From NCBI GenBank assembly GCA_014860565.1, contig JACZJN010000095.1, positions 5,198 to 69,197 on the forward strand: DNA of 64,000 bases, written 5' to 3'. This stretch comes from Bacteroidota bacterium (GTDB taxonomy: Bacteria; Bacteroidota; Ignavibacteria; SZUA-365). Below, in pieces: positions 1 through 9,263 of this stretch (within the stretch, counting starts at the first letter, position 1; the number at the start of each line of letters is the position of its first letter). The notes under the pieces are model-generated. The model saw only the letters and a program-made list of their open reading frames with translations. It searched no databases and had not been told where the DNA came from. A program made the translations under genes and the position numbers.

Positions 1-503
1 ATTACGAACGCGATCCGCTTGGGTTAGTCCTTGCCGGCAGCGACGAAAGTGTTTCCGTGTTCGAATCGTTTGCAACGCATCCCGACGGGATCGTCGGCGC
101 CTTGAAGGGTGATTACACATACACGTCGGCGCACGATCTCGGAAAAATCGTTTGGCCGATCATTCGGGAAGCGATGTCAGGGAAGATGGAAAACGCGTTG
201 CTTGCCCTCGAGTCGGCGGATGGTCAGAAAAGAATAATAGCCGGGATCGATGCCGTTGCCGCATCCCTTGAGTCAAGTGAACGTCGCACGCTGTTTGTTG
301 AGGAAGACTATCGCATGAAGGGAGGAATGAGCAGGAAGCATTATTCACATCTTGTCAGCAAGTACATCGATCTGGGTGAGATTTTTGATGATATCGTGGA
401 TATCATCATCGAGAAGGTACTGGAAGCCGGTGGGAAAGTAGTATTTATGGACAGCGGCTCACTCGTTAGATTCCAGAGAATCTCCCTCATCCGCAATGAC
501 TGA
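1..503 (+). CDS. hypothetical protein, 5'-partial (reading frame open to window start)
   Basis: ORF 57..503 remains open in frame back to nt 3 with no stop; I recognise no confident family. Confidence 0.4.
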   Translation, partial: YERDPLGLVLAGSDESVSVFESFATHPDGIVGALKGDYTYTSAHDLGKIVWPIIREAMSGKMENALLALESADGQKRIIAGIDAVAASLESSERRTLFVEEDYRMKGGMSRKHYSHLVSKYIDLGEIFDDIVDIIIEKVLEAGGKVVFMDSGSLVRFQRISLIRND

Positions 504-525
504 ATAGCAGATCCTTGTACGAAAC

Positions 526-551
526 CCGCTCCCGCGAAAGCGCGGGAGCGG
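526..551. terminator. GC-rich hairpin (11-bp stem ccgctcccgcg / cgcgggagcgg, 4-nt loop) between convergent genes
   Basis: perfect inverted repeat read directly; no clear U-tract on either side, so function as an intrinsic terminator is uncertain. Confidence 0.35.
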
Positions 552-552
552 A

Positions 553-590
553 TCCTATGTCTTATTTCCTATGTCTTATATCCTATGTCG
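553..590. repeat. 14-bp tandem repeat tcctatgtcttatN x ~2.7 in the flotillin 3' UTR
   Basis: direct repeats at 553-565, 567-579 and a partial copy at 581-590. Confidence 0.5.
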
Positions 591-608
591 CAGTGCCGAA
601 GGCGATGC

Positions 609-1961
609 TTACGACTGGTCTTCGAGCTTCATGGTGGCCGCGACGATCTCGTCTTTCTTAAAATTGCTCAGAATATTCACGCCGGTAGCGTTCTCGATGA
701 TCTCATTGAGAGAGATGACCGCATTAGGGAGTTGGCTCATGAGTCCGCCGACGCTTTTGCCGTTGCCGCTGTCGATGACGCTGATCTTATCGATATTCAA
801 TTTGCCGACAGTGCCAACGAGCTGATTGATGATCTCGGGAAGCATGTTGAGGACAAACACCTTTTCGCCCTCTCCTTCCGCGGTCTTGTACGTCGCGATC
901 ATCTGGTTGAGGATGTTGACGTTCGCGAGGCCGTTTTCGATGATCTTGGCGGCGTCGCCCTTCGCTTCGAGTTCCATCGCCTCTTTCTTCGCGCGGGCGG
1001 GTTCGATGACATCCGCGCTCAGGCGTTTCTTCTGCAGTTCGATGCGCTCTTTCTCCACTTCCTGCTGGAAGACCACGCGTGCTTTTTCACCGGCGACCTC
1101 GGCTTCCTTTTCCTTGATGATGGCCTCGCGCTCGAGTTCCGCTTTCTTGATGCGCAGCAGATTGTTTTCCGTTTCGACGTCCTGCTGTGCGCGGGCGCGG
1201 TTGACATTGACCGTACGGTCGGCTTCGATCTGTGCGCTCTGGATTTCCTTTTTCGCATTCGCCTGCGCGATCTCGGCGATACGCTGCGCCTCGGCTTCCG
1301 ACTGCTCGGCTTCGGATTTGCGCTCGGCCTCCGCCTGACGCGCGTGTGACAGCACTTCCGCGGTCTTCCGGCGACCGATGGAATCGAGATAGCCGGCGTC
1401 GTCGGAGACATTCTGAATCTTCAGCGTGTCGAGCTGCAGTCCGAGTGCCTTCAGATCGTTGTCAGCTTCCTCGATCAGGCTGCCGGCGAATTTCAGGCGG
1501 TCGTCATTGACTTCTTCCGGCGTCAACGTCGCAAGAACACCGCGGAGGTTTCCTTCCAGGGTATCCTTGGCGATTTCGTGAATCTGCGCCATCGATTTAC
1601 CGAGGAAACGCTCGACCGCGTTGCCGAAGGTCGGTTCGCTGCTGTCGACCTTGATGTTTGCGATCGCCTCCACCTTGAGGGGAATGCCGCCCTTGGAGTA
1701 GGCGTTCATCACGCTCAGGTCGAGGGGAATGGTTTCGAGCGACATGCGGGCGGCTTTCTCGATAAGGGGAACGCGCATGGCGCGTCCGCCACGAATCAGA
1801 CGATAGCCGACGATGTTCCCGTCGGGCATGCGGCGCTTGCGTCCGGAAAGGACGATGACCTCGTTGGGATGGCAGATGAGCAGCAGGCGGCTGATGGCCA
1901 CCATGATGATAATGACCGCGAAAAGCGCCACTCCGAAAATGGTGACGATGAATTCTTCCAT
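609..1961 (-). CDS. flotillin / SPFH (band 7) domain protein, YqiK-like
   Basis: N-terminal TM helix, SPFH core, long Ala/Glu/Lys/Gln-rich coiled-coil region, typical flotillin C-terminus. Confidence 0.85.
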   Translation of the reverse strand: MEEFIVTIFGVALFAVIIIMVAISRLLLICHPNEVIVLSGRKRRMPDGNIVGYRLIRGGRAMRVPLIEKAARMSLETIPLDLSVMNAYSKGGIPLKVEAIANIKVDSSEPTFGNAVERFLGKSMAQIHEIAKDTLEGNLRGVLATLTPEEVNDDRLKFAGSLIEEADNDLKALGLQLDTLKIQNVSDDAGYLDSIGRRKTAEVLSHARQAEAERKSEAEQSEAEAQRIAEIAQANAKKEIQSAQIEADRTVNVNRARAQQDVETENNLLRIKKAELEREAIIKEKEAEVAGEKARVVFQQEVEKERIELQKKRLSADVIEPARAKKEAMELEAKGDAAKIIENGLANVNILNQMIATYKTAEGEGEKVFVLNMLPEIINQLVGTVGKLNIDKISVIDSGNGKSVGGLMSQLPNAVISLNEIIENATGVNILSNFKKDEIVAATMKLEDQS

Positions 1962-2119
1962 GACAGTACCCTCACTTTATTGGAAAGAAGTTCAAATATC
2001 GGTCCGAAATACTGGACGCGAAGAACGGCTACGGCAGATGAAACGATGGATGCATGAAAACCGTGCACTCTGCTGATACACCGTTCGTGGGATAAATATT
2101 CAACCGGCAGAAGCCATGA

Positions 2120-2947
2120 TCAGTCGTTGTCCAGGAAATCACCACGATCGACATAGGCGACATCCTTGTCGATAGCGACAATGAAGACATGCTCGTTCGG
2201 ACGCACTTCCTCCGCCTCGGAATCCTCATGCAGGAGTGCAAGCATTTCGACGATCTGTCCACCCACCACAATCCGCACCTTTCCCTTCCGTTCTTTTGTC
2301 GGTGGGAGAGCAACGGTCGCGGCATGACCGATGAGCGTCGAGACGTGCAGTGCCTGTCCACTCTCAGAACCACGGAGATAACGCATGAAACGGTGCCCGA
2401 CATAGCCGGCGAAAAATCCCATACCGATGGAAGAACCCAGCGCGACGCCATACGGCATCTCGAACCAGGTAAGCAGACTGCCGGTGAGGCCAAAAAACGT
2501 CGTGGTGTAGACGAAATTCCGGAAACTCAGGTATTCGAATGCCGAATGCACTGTCGGTGCCTCGCTCGGTGCAACCCCATGCTGCATGGAGACGATGGCC
2601 GGGTGTCCCGCCCCAATTTCCGTATCCGTCGGAAGCGCGCCCGCGGTATCCGCATGAATCTCCATGGCCTGATCCGCGATGAATTCCGCTGAAGCCTCGG
2701 CATCCCCTCCCATGTCCACATCCCCGTCCAGGTCCGCCTCAGCCGCAAAGTCGGCGCCGGCATGCATGTCGAGGGCGTGGTCAGCGGCAATGTCACCATG
2801 CACATCCAGGGCGGCGTCCCCACCGATATCACCGTGGGCGTCAAGGCCATGGTCCATGTCGGAATCCGTGTCCCCTCCCGAGAACAGGGAAATCGCGAGC
2901 AGCACACCGCCAAAAACCAGACAGGCCAGATACAAGGTCAGCATCAC
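2120..2947 (-). CDS. NfeD-like membrane protein (YqiJ-type partner of flotillin)
   Basis: N-terminal TM segments, Asp/His/Gly-rich linker, C-terminal OB-like region; lies immediately upstream of flotillin in the same orientation (classic nfeD-flotillin operon). Confidence 0.65.
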   Translation of the reverse strand: MMLTLYLACLVFGGVLLAISLFSGGDTDSDMDHGLDAHGDIGGDAALDVHGDIAADHALDMHAGADFAAEADLDGDVDMGGDAEASAEFIADQAMEIHADTAGALPTDTEIGAGHPAIVSMQHGVAPSEAPTVHSAFEYLSFRNFVYTTTFFGLTGSLLTWFEMPYGVALGSSIGMGFFAGYVGHRFMRYLRGSESGQALHVSTLIGHAATVALPPTKERKGKVRIVVGGQIVEMLALLHEDSEAEEVRPNEHVFIVAIDKDVAYVDRGDFLDND

Positions 2948-2949
2948 CA

Positions 2950-3146
2950 GTTCCTCTGCCGTGAATGGGAGTATTAACAGTTCATTACAATCAGACTCGG
3001 GGGTATTCTGTAGAGGAAAATGTACGTAAATTCTGTCTCATAGTCTGCAAAATTTTTTTTTATGAAAACTTGTTTTTTACTGCATCTTTTTAAGAAAGTA
3101 CTTAAGTTAAAGGTAGTAGTCTCTTTAATAGCAACAGGTTAAGAGG
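2950..3146. promoter_or_regulatory. AT-rich divergent intergenic island (promoter region for nfeD-flotillin and the giant surface-protein gene)
   Basis: ~200 bp of A/T runs in an otherwise ~60% GC window; RBS aagagg at 3141-3146. Confidence 0.3.
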
Positions 3147-3152
3147 TTGATT

Positions 3153-6100
3153 ATGCCATCGTCCGTTACTTCGAGACCTTTTGCCCTGCTGACGATGCCC
3201 CTGGTGGCGCTTCTGTTCATAATAGTAGGACAGCAGACCACCCTCGCACAGAACATCACGACTGTGCTGACGGTATTCGACAACGTGGGCAACAGCACCG
3301 ACTTGCGCATTGGAATCAATTCCGCCGCGTCGGATGCCATCGACGCCTCGCTGGGCGAGGTGGAGCTTTCTCCGCTCGTTCCCGGCGCGTTTGACGCGCG
3401 TCTGATCGACAATGACTTCCGTTCGCCGTCGCTTCTGGGGAACGGTGTACTCAAGGATTTGCGCGGTATTTTCACCGCGCCGCCGATTTCCCAAACCTTC
3501 GAAGTAATGGCGCGCCGCGACCCCGGCGCGAGCAACACCTGGATGCGCTGGAGCCTTCCGCTCGCGACGGGCATCTCCACCATGCGTCTCGTGTCGTACC
3601 CGAATCCGGGTGTCCTGGATGTGGACATGAGCACGCTTGCGCAGGTTGAGCTGCCGGTTGGCACCAACCGCTACTTCATCGAGGTGACCTATGGCGATCC
3701 GCCTCCCACGCGCTACACCCTCAATGTGGAAATCGATCCGCCGCTGACGGGACAGGTGTTCCGCATCCCCTTCCAGCCGGATTACGCTCCCGGACAGCCG
3801 GTGACCCTGGTCGCGTTCAACCTCCCCGCGCCAGATACCTGCTACCGTTTCTCCCACTGGGAGGGCGACGCATCCGGCACCGCCAACGTGCTGAACATCA
3901 GCATGACCAAGAGCAAGAACATCACCGCCCACTTCGCCCCGAGGAAGTTTCCGGTCACGACGACGCAGCTCGATACTTTCGTCGTTGATTTGAATCCGCC
4001 CGACCCGCAGTGGCTGTACATCACGCCTTCGGCGCTTGCCTGCAACAACTGGACGGTCGCGGCGACCGTGCCCTGGCTCCGCCTTTCGAAAAGCGCGGCA
4101 TCGGGCGTGGATTCGATCGAAGTCGAGGTCGTGACCTCGGCCATCCCCTGTCCCGGTACGCATGCCGGAACGATCGAGCTTCGGTCGCCCTTCCATGATC
4201 CGGAAGTGCTCGAGATTCCGGTCATTCTGCGCATCGGACGCACGACGCTGACCGCGCGGGTGGACGGTGTTCCCTCGATTCTCAGCTGCCAGAAAAAGGC
4301 CGTGGACCTGATCACAGTCACCCTGTTCAATGACGGACTGAACGCGGTGAACTTCGGGACCGCACCGAATCTGGGAGATGGTTTCATACTCAAGAATCCG
4401 AATATCTTCCCGCTCACGCTTCCCGCGCGAGACAGCGTCAAGATGTATGTCGAGTTCGCGCCGCTGGACAATCAGCGTGGAACCATCATCGAAAATGTCA
4501 TCCTCTCCGCCGACAACTGCGGACAGGAGATTCTCTTCAAGCTCGAAGCTTCGCGGGTCGCGCCGACGGTGACGGCCGATGCCTTCGAACTTGATTTCGG
4601 ACTCGTCAACTCCTGTGACGTCGATCCGCTGCCGCGGCGCAGCATCGTGCTCACCAACGCCTATTCCCAGCCGGCGACACTGCGGTACACCATGCCGTCG
4701 GGCTTCACACTCGTTTCCGCACCGGCAAGCATTCCTGCCGGCGATACCGTGACGATAACCGTCGAACCCGCGCGTAACGGCGCGGCGACATTCAACGCCA
4801 CGATGAACATCGACGCCGACTTCGGCATCTGCATGGAGAGCTTCTCGATCGACCTCTTCGGCGAACGGCAGGATCCTTCTTTCTTCGCCGAGGCCGTCGA
4901 CACACCGGGATCGCTTCCCCCGCAGTTGTTCGATACGACCTGCGTCGGTTCCTACTCCGGAGCCAAGAACATCCGTCTCGTCAATGACGGAAGCGCCGAG
5001 CTGATGATGACCATCGCTGTGGCGCCACCGTTCGAGATCGACGCCTTCAGCAACACCTTCCCGCTCGCACCGGGCACGGATCGCATCGTGTCGATCCGCT
5101 TCCATCCCGTCGCCAGCGGCACTTTCGAGCAAACGCTGACCATCAGCGCGAATCTCTGTGCGCTCGAAGCCAGCGTGGACCTGCGCGGCGGCACATTCAG
5201 CCAGCAGATTCTCACTTCGACGGTCACACCGGCGCATCTGACGCTGGCCGATTGCGAGGAAAACGGAAGAATGCTCCTGCGCGTCACCAACACCGGCTCG
5301 GAGCCCGTGCGCTTCGACGACCTCCCGTCGCTTCCGAACGGATTCTCATGGGACGCCGCCGTCACCTTGCCGATCGTCATCAATCCGGATCCCACCAACC
5401 CGTTTGAGGCATACATCGTCTTTGCGCCGGAACTCGGTGACGGCGGGGCCTTCGGCGGAAGCGTGCAGTGGTTCGGCAAACCCTGCGGATCGACCGTGTA
5501 CTTCACCGTGTCCGGCGAACGCATCCTACCCCAGGTTACCATCACCCCTCGCGCGCTGGATTTCGGACAGATCATCTCGTGCAGCAGCACTGATATCGGT
5601 CCCACCCGTGTAATCACGATTGAGAACAACAGTCCGCTTCCGATCACGCTCAATGCTCTCGCCGCCGCATCCAAATACGAGCTGCGGCTCGGACCGGGAC
5701 CCTTCCCGACACAGGGCGTGCAGATCGCGGCAAATGATTCACGCGAAATTGACGTGGTCGCTCTCGCCGGCAACGGCGGTGCGTTCAACGATACGCTCAT
5801 GCTCACGATCATCGCCGGAACCGGCGGCACCTGCCGCGAAGATATTCCGGTGGTTCTGACCGGTGAGCGCTTCGAACCCAAATTTCTTGTTCGTGAAAAC
5901 GGCTATAGCACCAACTTCGGCGACGTCTGCGTCGACGGCAGCCAGGTGCGCGGCTTCATCCTTGAGAACACCGGCGACCGTCGTCTGACGGTAACATCCA
6001 GCGGCTTCTCACCGCTCTCGCCCTTCCAGCTTCTGGCCAAGCCGTTCAAGATCACGCTCGAACCCGGTGCATACCGTGAATTCCCGATCCGCTACAATCC

Positions 6101-7907
6101 TCTTCAGGTCGGTCAGGACGTCGCGACGATACTCTTCCAGTCCGACGTCTGCAGCGACACGGTGGAATTCACCGTGCGCGGACGCGGCGTACAGCCGAGC
6201 TTCGCTGTCACCTCGGTGATGCCCGACACACCGATCCAGATTCTCACGTGTGAAAACATCAAGTCACGTCAGATTCGTGCGACGGTGAGCAATACGAGTT
6301 CGACCCCGGTGCGCGTCGTGGACGGCAGTCTGCTTCCCGCCGGCTTCGCCTACGATCCTCCCGAGCAGTTCCCCTTCACCCTGCAGCCCGGACAGACCCG
6401 CGATGTGCTCGTGCGCTTCAGCGGTACCGACCCCGGCAACTACAGCGGACTGGTGAACCTGATTGGCGAGCCCTGCGATATCTCGGCCAGCTTCGCTGTA
6501 GAGGCAACGGTACTCAGCACCGCGTACACAATCACCCCCGAGGCGATTGACTTCGGCATGATCACCATCTGTCCGGGAGGCGCCGTGCGTCCCTCCGACA
6601 TGGAGAAGCTGCGCCAGTCGATCGCCTTCCTCAACGGCGGCGACATCGCGCAGAACATCAGCGTGAGCATCAAGCCCGCCAACGCACCGTTGTCGGTTCT
6701 TTCCCCACTCACCTGGCCGACCATCGTTCCTGCAGGCATGATGCAGGAAATCACACTCGCCCTGACCCCGCCCTTCGATGAAATGACGAACGCGTTCAGC
6801 GGCGTGATCGAGGTCACTGTGGTGCGCGACCAGCGCTGTGTTCCGGAAACACGGAGCATACCGTTCTCCGGCATGATCAACCGCATGGATTACGCTTTCA
6901 GCCGCGACACCGTGCGCGCTGCTGTCAGCTGCATCACCGAGCCGGTCGAGCTGACTGCCGAAGTGGTGAACATGAGTGCGACTCCCATGCAGCTCAATCT
7001 CCGTATCGAAGGTTCTTCAGCCTTCATGCTTGAGGATGGCCAGAACATGCTGTCGCTGCAGCCTCGCGAACGCCGAGCGATTCGTGTGCGCTACGCACCG
7101 ACAGACGGCCAGCCAAACATGGCATTGCTTTTCGCGACCGAACCCGTCTGCCGGAGCGAAGTCGCCGCAGTGCTGATGGTAGACTACACGCAGCCACAGA
7201 TCGCGCTTTCATGCAGCGAAACCGGCGGTGCGGCACCACAGGTCACGGCCCGTCCGGGTGACATGGTCGAGATTCCTGTGTACCTTCTCGACGCGCTCGA
7301 CTGCGAGGTCACCGGTGCCACGCTGAGCTTCGAACTTGCGTACGATCGCCAGGCGCTCACTCCTGACCGGGTGATTTCGGCGCAGGGCACGACAACGTTT
7401 ACACGTCCTTCCCCCGACAAGCTGATGGTGAATGTCACCGGTACGCGCTTCAGTTCCGGTGAGCTTCTGCGTGTCGTCATGGAAGTACTCGTCGGCCGCA
7501 CCGCGACGACGGAATGGACGGTCAGCGCCGCGGCGATGACTCCGCCCATCGCACTCGTGGTGACGGACGAAGCCTGCACGGGGACGATCAACGTACGTCC
7601 GCGCAACGGCGTGACCACGCTTTCCGATCTCGGCATCACGTCGCTCAATCCGCCGCGGCCAAACGTGCTCGACACGAAGACTGGCCGCACGACACAGGTG
7701 ACGTTCACCCTCAAACAGGAAGGTTTTGTGGAGCTGAAAGTCTACGACATGCTCGGCGTTGAAGCGGAAGTGCTTCAGTCTGGCATGCTCAAGCGCGGCA
7801 CCCACAGCCTGCAATTCGCGACCGACCGCTTGCGTCCGGGCATCTACTTCATCGTGATGACCTCGGGCACGACGCGCAGTACTCAGAAACTCATTGTAGC
7901 CAACTAA
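3153..7907 (+). CDS. giant T9SS-sorted surface protein (1584 aa) with many repeated ~100-aa DFG-motif (choice-of-anchor-D / ASH-like) domains
   Basis: signal peptide; >10 repeats of LDFG..V..C motifs; C-terminal ~70 aa ending KVYDMLGVEAEVL...GIYFIVMTSGTTRSTQKLIVAN, typical of a Por/T9SS C-terminal sorting domain; ATG 3153 sits 6 nt after aagagg. Confidence 0.8.
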   Translation: MPSSVTSRPFALLTMPLVALLFIIVGQQTTLAQNITTVLTVFDNVGNSTDLRIGINSAASDAIDASLGEVELSPLVPGAFDARLIDNDFRSPSLLGNGVLKDLRGIFTAPPISQTFEVMARRDPGASNTWMRWSLPLATGISTMRLVSYPNPGVLDVDMSTLAQVELPVGTNRYFIEVTYGDPPPTRYTLNVEIDPPLTGQVFRIPFQPDYAPGQPVTLVAFNLPAPDTCYRFSHWEGDASGTANVLNISMTKSKNITAHFAPRKFPVTTTQLDTFVVDLNPPDPQWLYITPSALACNNWTVAATVPWLRLSKSAASGVDSIEVEVVTSAIPCPGTHAGTIELRSPFHDPEVLEIPVILRIGRTTLTARVDGVPSILSCQKKAVDLITVTLFNDGLNAVNFGTAPNLGDGFILKNPNIFPLTLPARDSVKMYVEFAPLDNQRGTIIENVILSADNCGQEILFKLEASRVAPTVTADAFELDFGLVNSCDVDPLPRRSIVLTNAYSQPATLRYTMPSGFTLVSAPASIPAGDTVTITVEPARNGAATFNATMNIDADFGICMESFSIDLFGERQDPSFFAEAVDTPGSLPPQLFDTTCVGSYSGAKNIRLVNDGSAELMMTIAVAPPFEIDAFSNTFPLAPGTDRIVSIRFHPVASGTFEQTLTISANLCALEASVDLRGGTFSQQILTSTVTPAHLTLADCEENGRMLLRVTNTGSEPVRFDDLPSLPNGFSWDAAVTLPIVINPDPTNPFEAYIVFAPELGDGGAFGGSVQWFGKPCGSTVYFTVSGERILPQVTITPRALDFGQIISCSSTDIGPTRVITIENNSPLPITLNALAAASKYELRLGPGPFPTQGVQIAANDSREIDVVALAGNGGAFNDTLMLTIIAGTGGTCREDIPVVLTGERFEPKFLVRENGYSTNFGDVCVDGSQVRGFILENTGDRRLTVTSSGFSPLSPFQLLAKPFKITLEPGAYREFPIRYNPLQVGQDVATILFQSDVCSDTVEFTVRGRGVQPSFAVTSVMPDTPIQILTCENIKSRQIRATVSNTSSTPVRVVDGSLLPAGFAYDPPEQFPFTLQPGQTRDVLVRFSGTDPGNYSGLVNLIGEPCDISASFAVEATVLSTAYTITPEAIDFGMITICPGGAVRPSDMEKLRQSIAFLNGGDIAQNISVSIKPANAPLSVLSPLTWPTIVPAGMMQEITLALTPPFDEMTNAFSGVIEVTVVRDQRCVPETRSIPFSGMINRMDYAFSRDTVRAAVSCITEPVELTAEVVNMSATPMQLNLRIEGSSAFMLEDGQNMLSLQPRERRAIRVRYAPTDGQPNMALLFATEPVCRSEVAAVLMVDYTQPQIALSCSETGGAAPQVTARPGDMVEIPVYLLDALDCEVTGATLSFELAYDRQALTPDRVISAQGTTTFTRPSPDKLMVNVTGTRFSSGELLRVVMEVLVGRTATTEWTVSAAAMTPPIALVVTDEACTGTINVRPRNGVTTLSDLGITSLNPPRPNVLDTKTGRTTQVTFTLKQEGFVELKVYDMLGVEAEVLQSGMLKRGTHSLQFATDRLRPGIYFIVMTSGTTRSTQKLIVAN

Positions 7908-7918
7908 GGAGCTGACCT

Positions 7919-8677
7919 ATGAAACGCATCAGCATTTTCCTCCTTTTCGCACTGACGCTCGTCGGCATGCAATCTGCGCATGCGCAGGGTCTCCGTGTTG
8001 GCGACAGGGCCTGGTACACGGTGCGCGGCGGCCTGTTCGTGGGAGTCAACCAGAGCTTCCACAAGGGCAGCGTCCCTCTGCTTCCGTCCGACGAAAACGC
8101 ATTCTATGCCAAGGGCAACAGCAGCAACTTCATCTTCGGCGTTCACGGCGAGAAGGCCCTCACCCGTTTCGTGGTGTTGGGCGTGCGCCTCACCTTCGAC
8201 CAGATGTCAGGCATGATCGACGGCCGCTATACCGAGCCATACCGCATCGCCGACAATCAGGGAACTCCCTGGGATGTCGTCCGAGATCATTCCGTGGATT
8301 ACACCCTGCAGTACCTATCCCTCGGAGGCTACGGCAAGGTGTACCCGATGGGCGGTCCGGGACTCTTCGTTTCCGGCGGAGTGAACATCGGCGCCCTGAT
8401 GAAGCACGACTACGCTCACACCGCGACCATCGTCGAGCCCGAATGGGCCGTCGGCAGTCAGGCGCCCGAGCAGTCGGGTGTTATCGACAACGTCAACGGC
8501 ATCCGCTACGCCGCTGCCATCGGACTTGGGTACGATTTCTTCTTCCGCTATGGTTTCCTCTCTCCCCAGGTCATGTATGAATTCGGCCTGAATCAGGTGG
8601 TGGACGCTCCGTACGCAGACAGCTGGAAGATCAATAACATCCGGGCCGTGGTGGATTTGACGTTTCCGATTCCCTAA
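7919..8677 (+). CDS. outer-membrane beta-barrel protein (porin-family/OmpA-like barrel)
   Basis: signal peptide ending AHAQ, alternating amphipathic beta-strands, aromatic C-terminal residue (F-P-I-P end). Confidence 0.6.
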   Translation: MKRISIFLLFALTLVGMQSAHAQGLRVGDRAWYTVRGGLFVGVNQSFHKGSVPLLPSDENAFYAKGNSSNFIFGVHGEKALTRFVVLGVRLTFDQMSGMIDGRYTEPYRIADNQGTPWDVVRDHSVDYTLQYLSLGGYGKVYPMGGPGLFVSGGVNIGALMKHDYAHTATIVEPEWAVGSQAPEQSGVIDNVNGIRYAAAIGLGYDFFFRYGFLSPQVMYEFGLNQVVDAPYADSWKINNIRAVVDLTFPIP

Positions 8678-8695
8678 GCGGGCACATTCGCAAAT

Positions 8696-8727
8696 AAAAA
8701 ACCCCGCCAAATGGCGGGGTTTTTTAT
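8696..8727 (+). terminator. rho-independent terminator (ccccgcc-aaat-ggcgggg + T7)
   Basis: stem-loop followed by a T-run, read directly. Confidence 0.7.
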
Positions 8728-8844
8728 TTGCCGTTGGCTATTGGCCATTGGCAAAACAAGATCGGAATGAGTCACGGATTATTGGCTGGACCCGGTTTAT
8801 GGGACATTGTAAATTCGAGCATACTCATCAACTGGGAGACTTTG

Positions 8845-9201
8845 ATGCGGGATTTCACGAAATATGATGTGACTCATGAAGCGAGACAACTCGCCGTTAA
8901 AATCTATTCGATCGTTCAATATTTCCCTCAAGAGGAGCGCTACGCTCTCAGCCAGCAGATGCGCCGAGCGGTCGTTTCCATTGGCGCCAATATTGCAGAA
9001 GGTGCTGGAAGGAAAACGGAAAAAGACTTCGCACATTTTCTGACACAGTCAATGGGTTCGACTTGCGAGTTGGAGTATCTAACTATTCTCTCACTCGATC
9101 TGAACTATATCAACGAGGGGACGTGGCAAAGCGTCGATTCAATGATTCAACGTGTTAAGAAGATGTTGTTTCGTTTCAGGAATTCCATCTACCCGGGTTA
9201 A
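8845..9201 (+). CDS. four-helix-bundle protein (23S rRNA intervening-sequence protein family)
   Basis: ~118 aa with the family signature ...AVKIY...FP..ERYAL..QMRRAAVSI.ANIAEG...; ATG 8845 preceded by gggaga. Confidence 0.7.
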   Translation: MRDFTKYDVTHEARQLAVKIYSIVQYFPQEERYALSQQMRRAVVSIGANIAEGAGRKTEKDFAHFLTQSMGSTCELEYLTILSLDLNYINEGTWQSVDSMIQRVKKMLFRFRNSIYPG

Positions 9202-9263
9202 TTGGACGCTCGAGTCGATCACTCTTGCCAAAAGCCAACAGCCAAAGTAGTCTTTCCGGGCCG

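Noticed and set aside
57-503. Release-factor-like (baeRF) or host-attachment protein assignment for the first partial ORF
   Set aside because: Only a vague compositional resemblance; no motif I can verify without a search.
2950-3146. Possible foreign (horizontally acquired) AT-rich insertion
   Set aside because: Only ~200 bp, bounded by divergent gene starts with an RBS; best explained as a divergent promoter/UP-element region.
3102-5237. 711-aa minus-strand ORF, plus many other long Arg/Ala/Gly-rich ORFs antisense to real genes (e.g. 585..1349, 12319..13716, 19743..20546, 22801..23946, 24121..25392, 25799..26980, 28231..29475, 29522..30829, 33549..34808)
   Set aside because: Typical high-GC antisense-frame artefacts: Arg-rich low-complexity composition, no motifs, and full overlap with well-supported genes on the opposite strand.
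7919-8677. PorP/SprF-type T9SS partner of the upstream giant cargo
   Set aside because: At 252 aa it is shorter than PorP/SprF (~300+ aa), and the upstream cargo has the type A-like CTD, which is not usually paired with PorP; called a generic OM beta-barrel instead.
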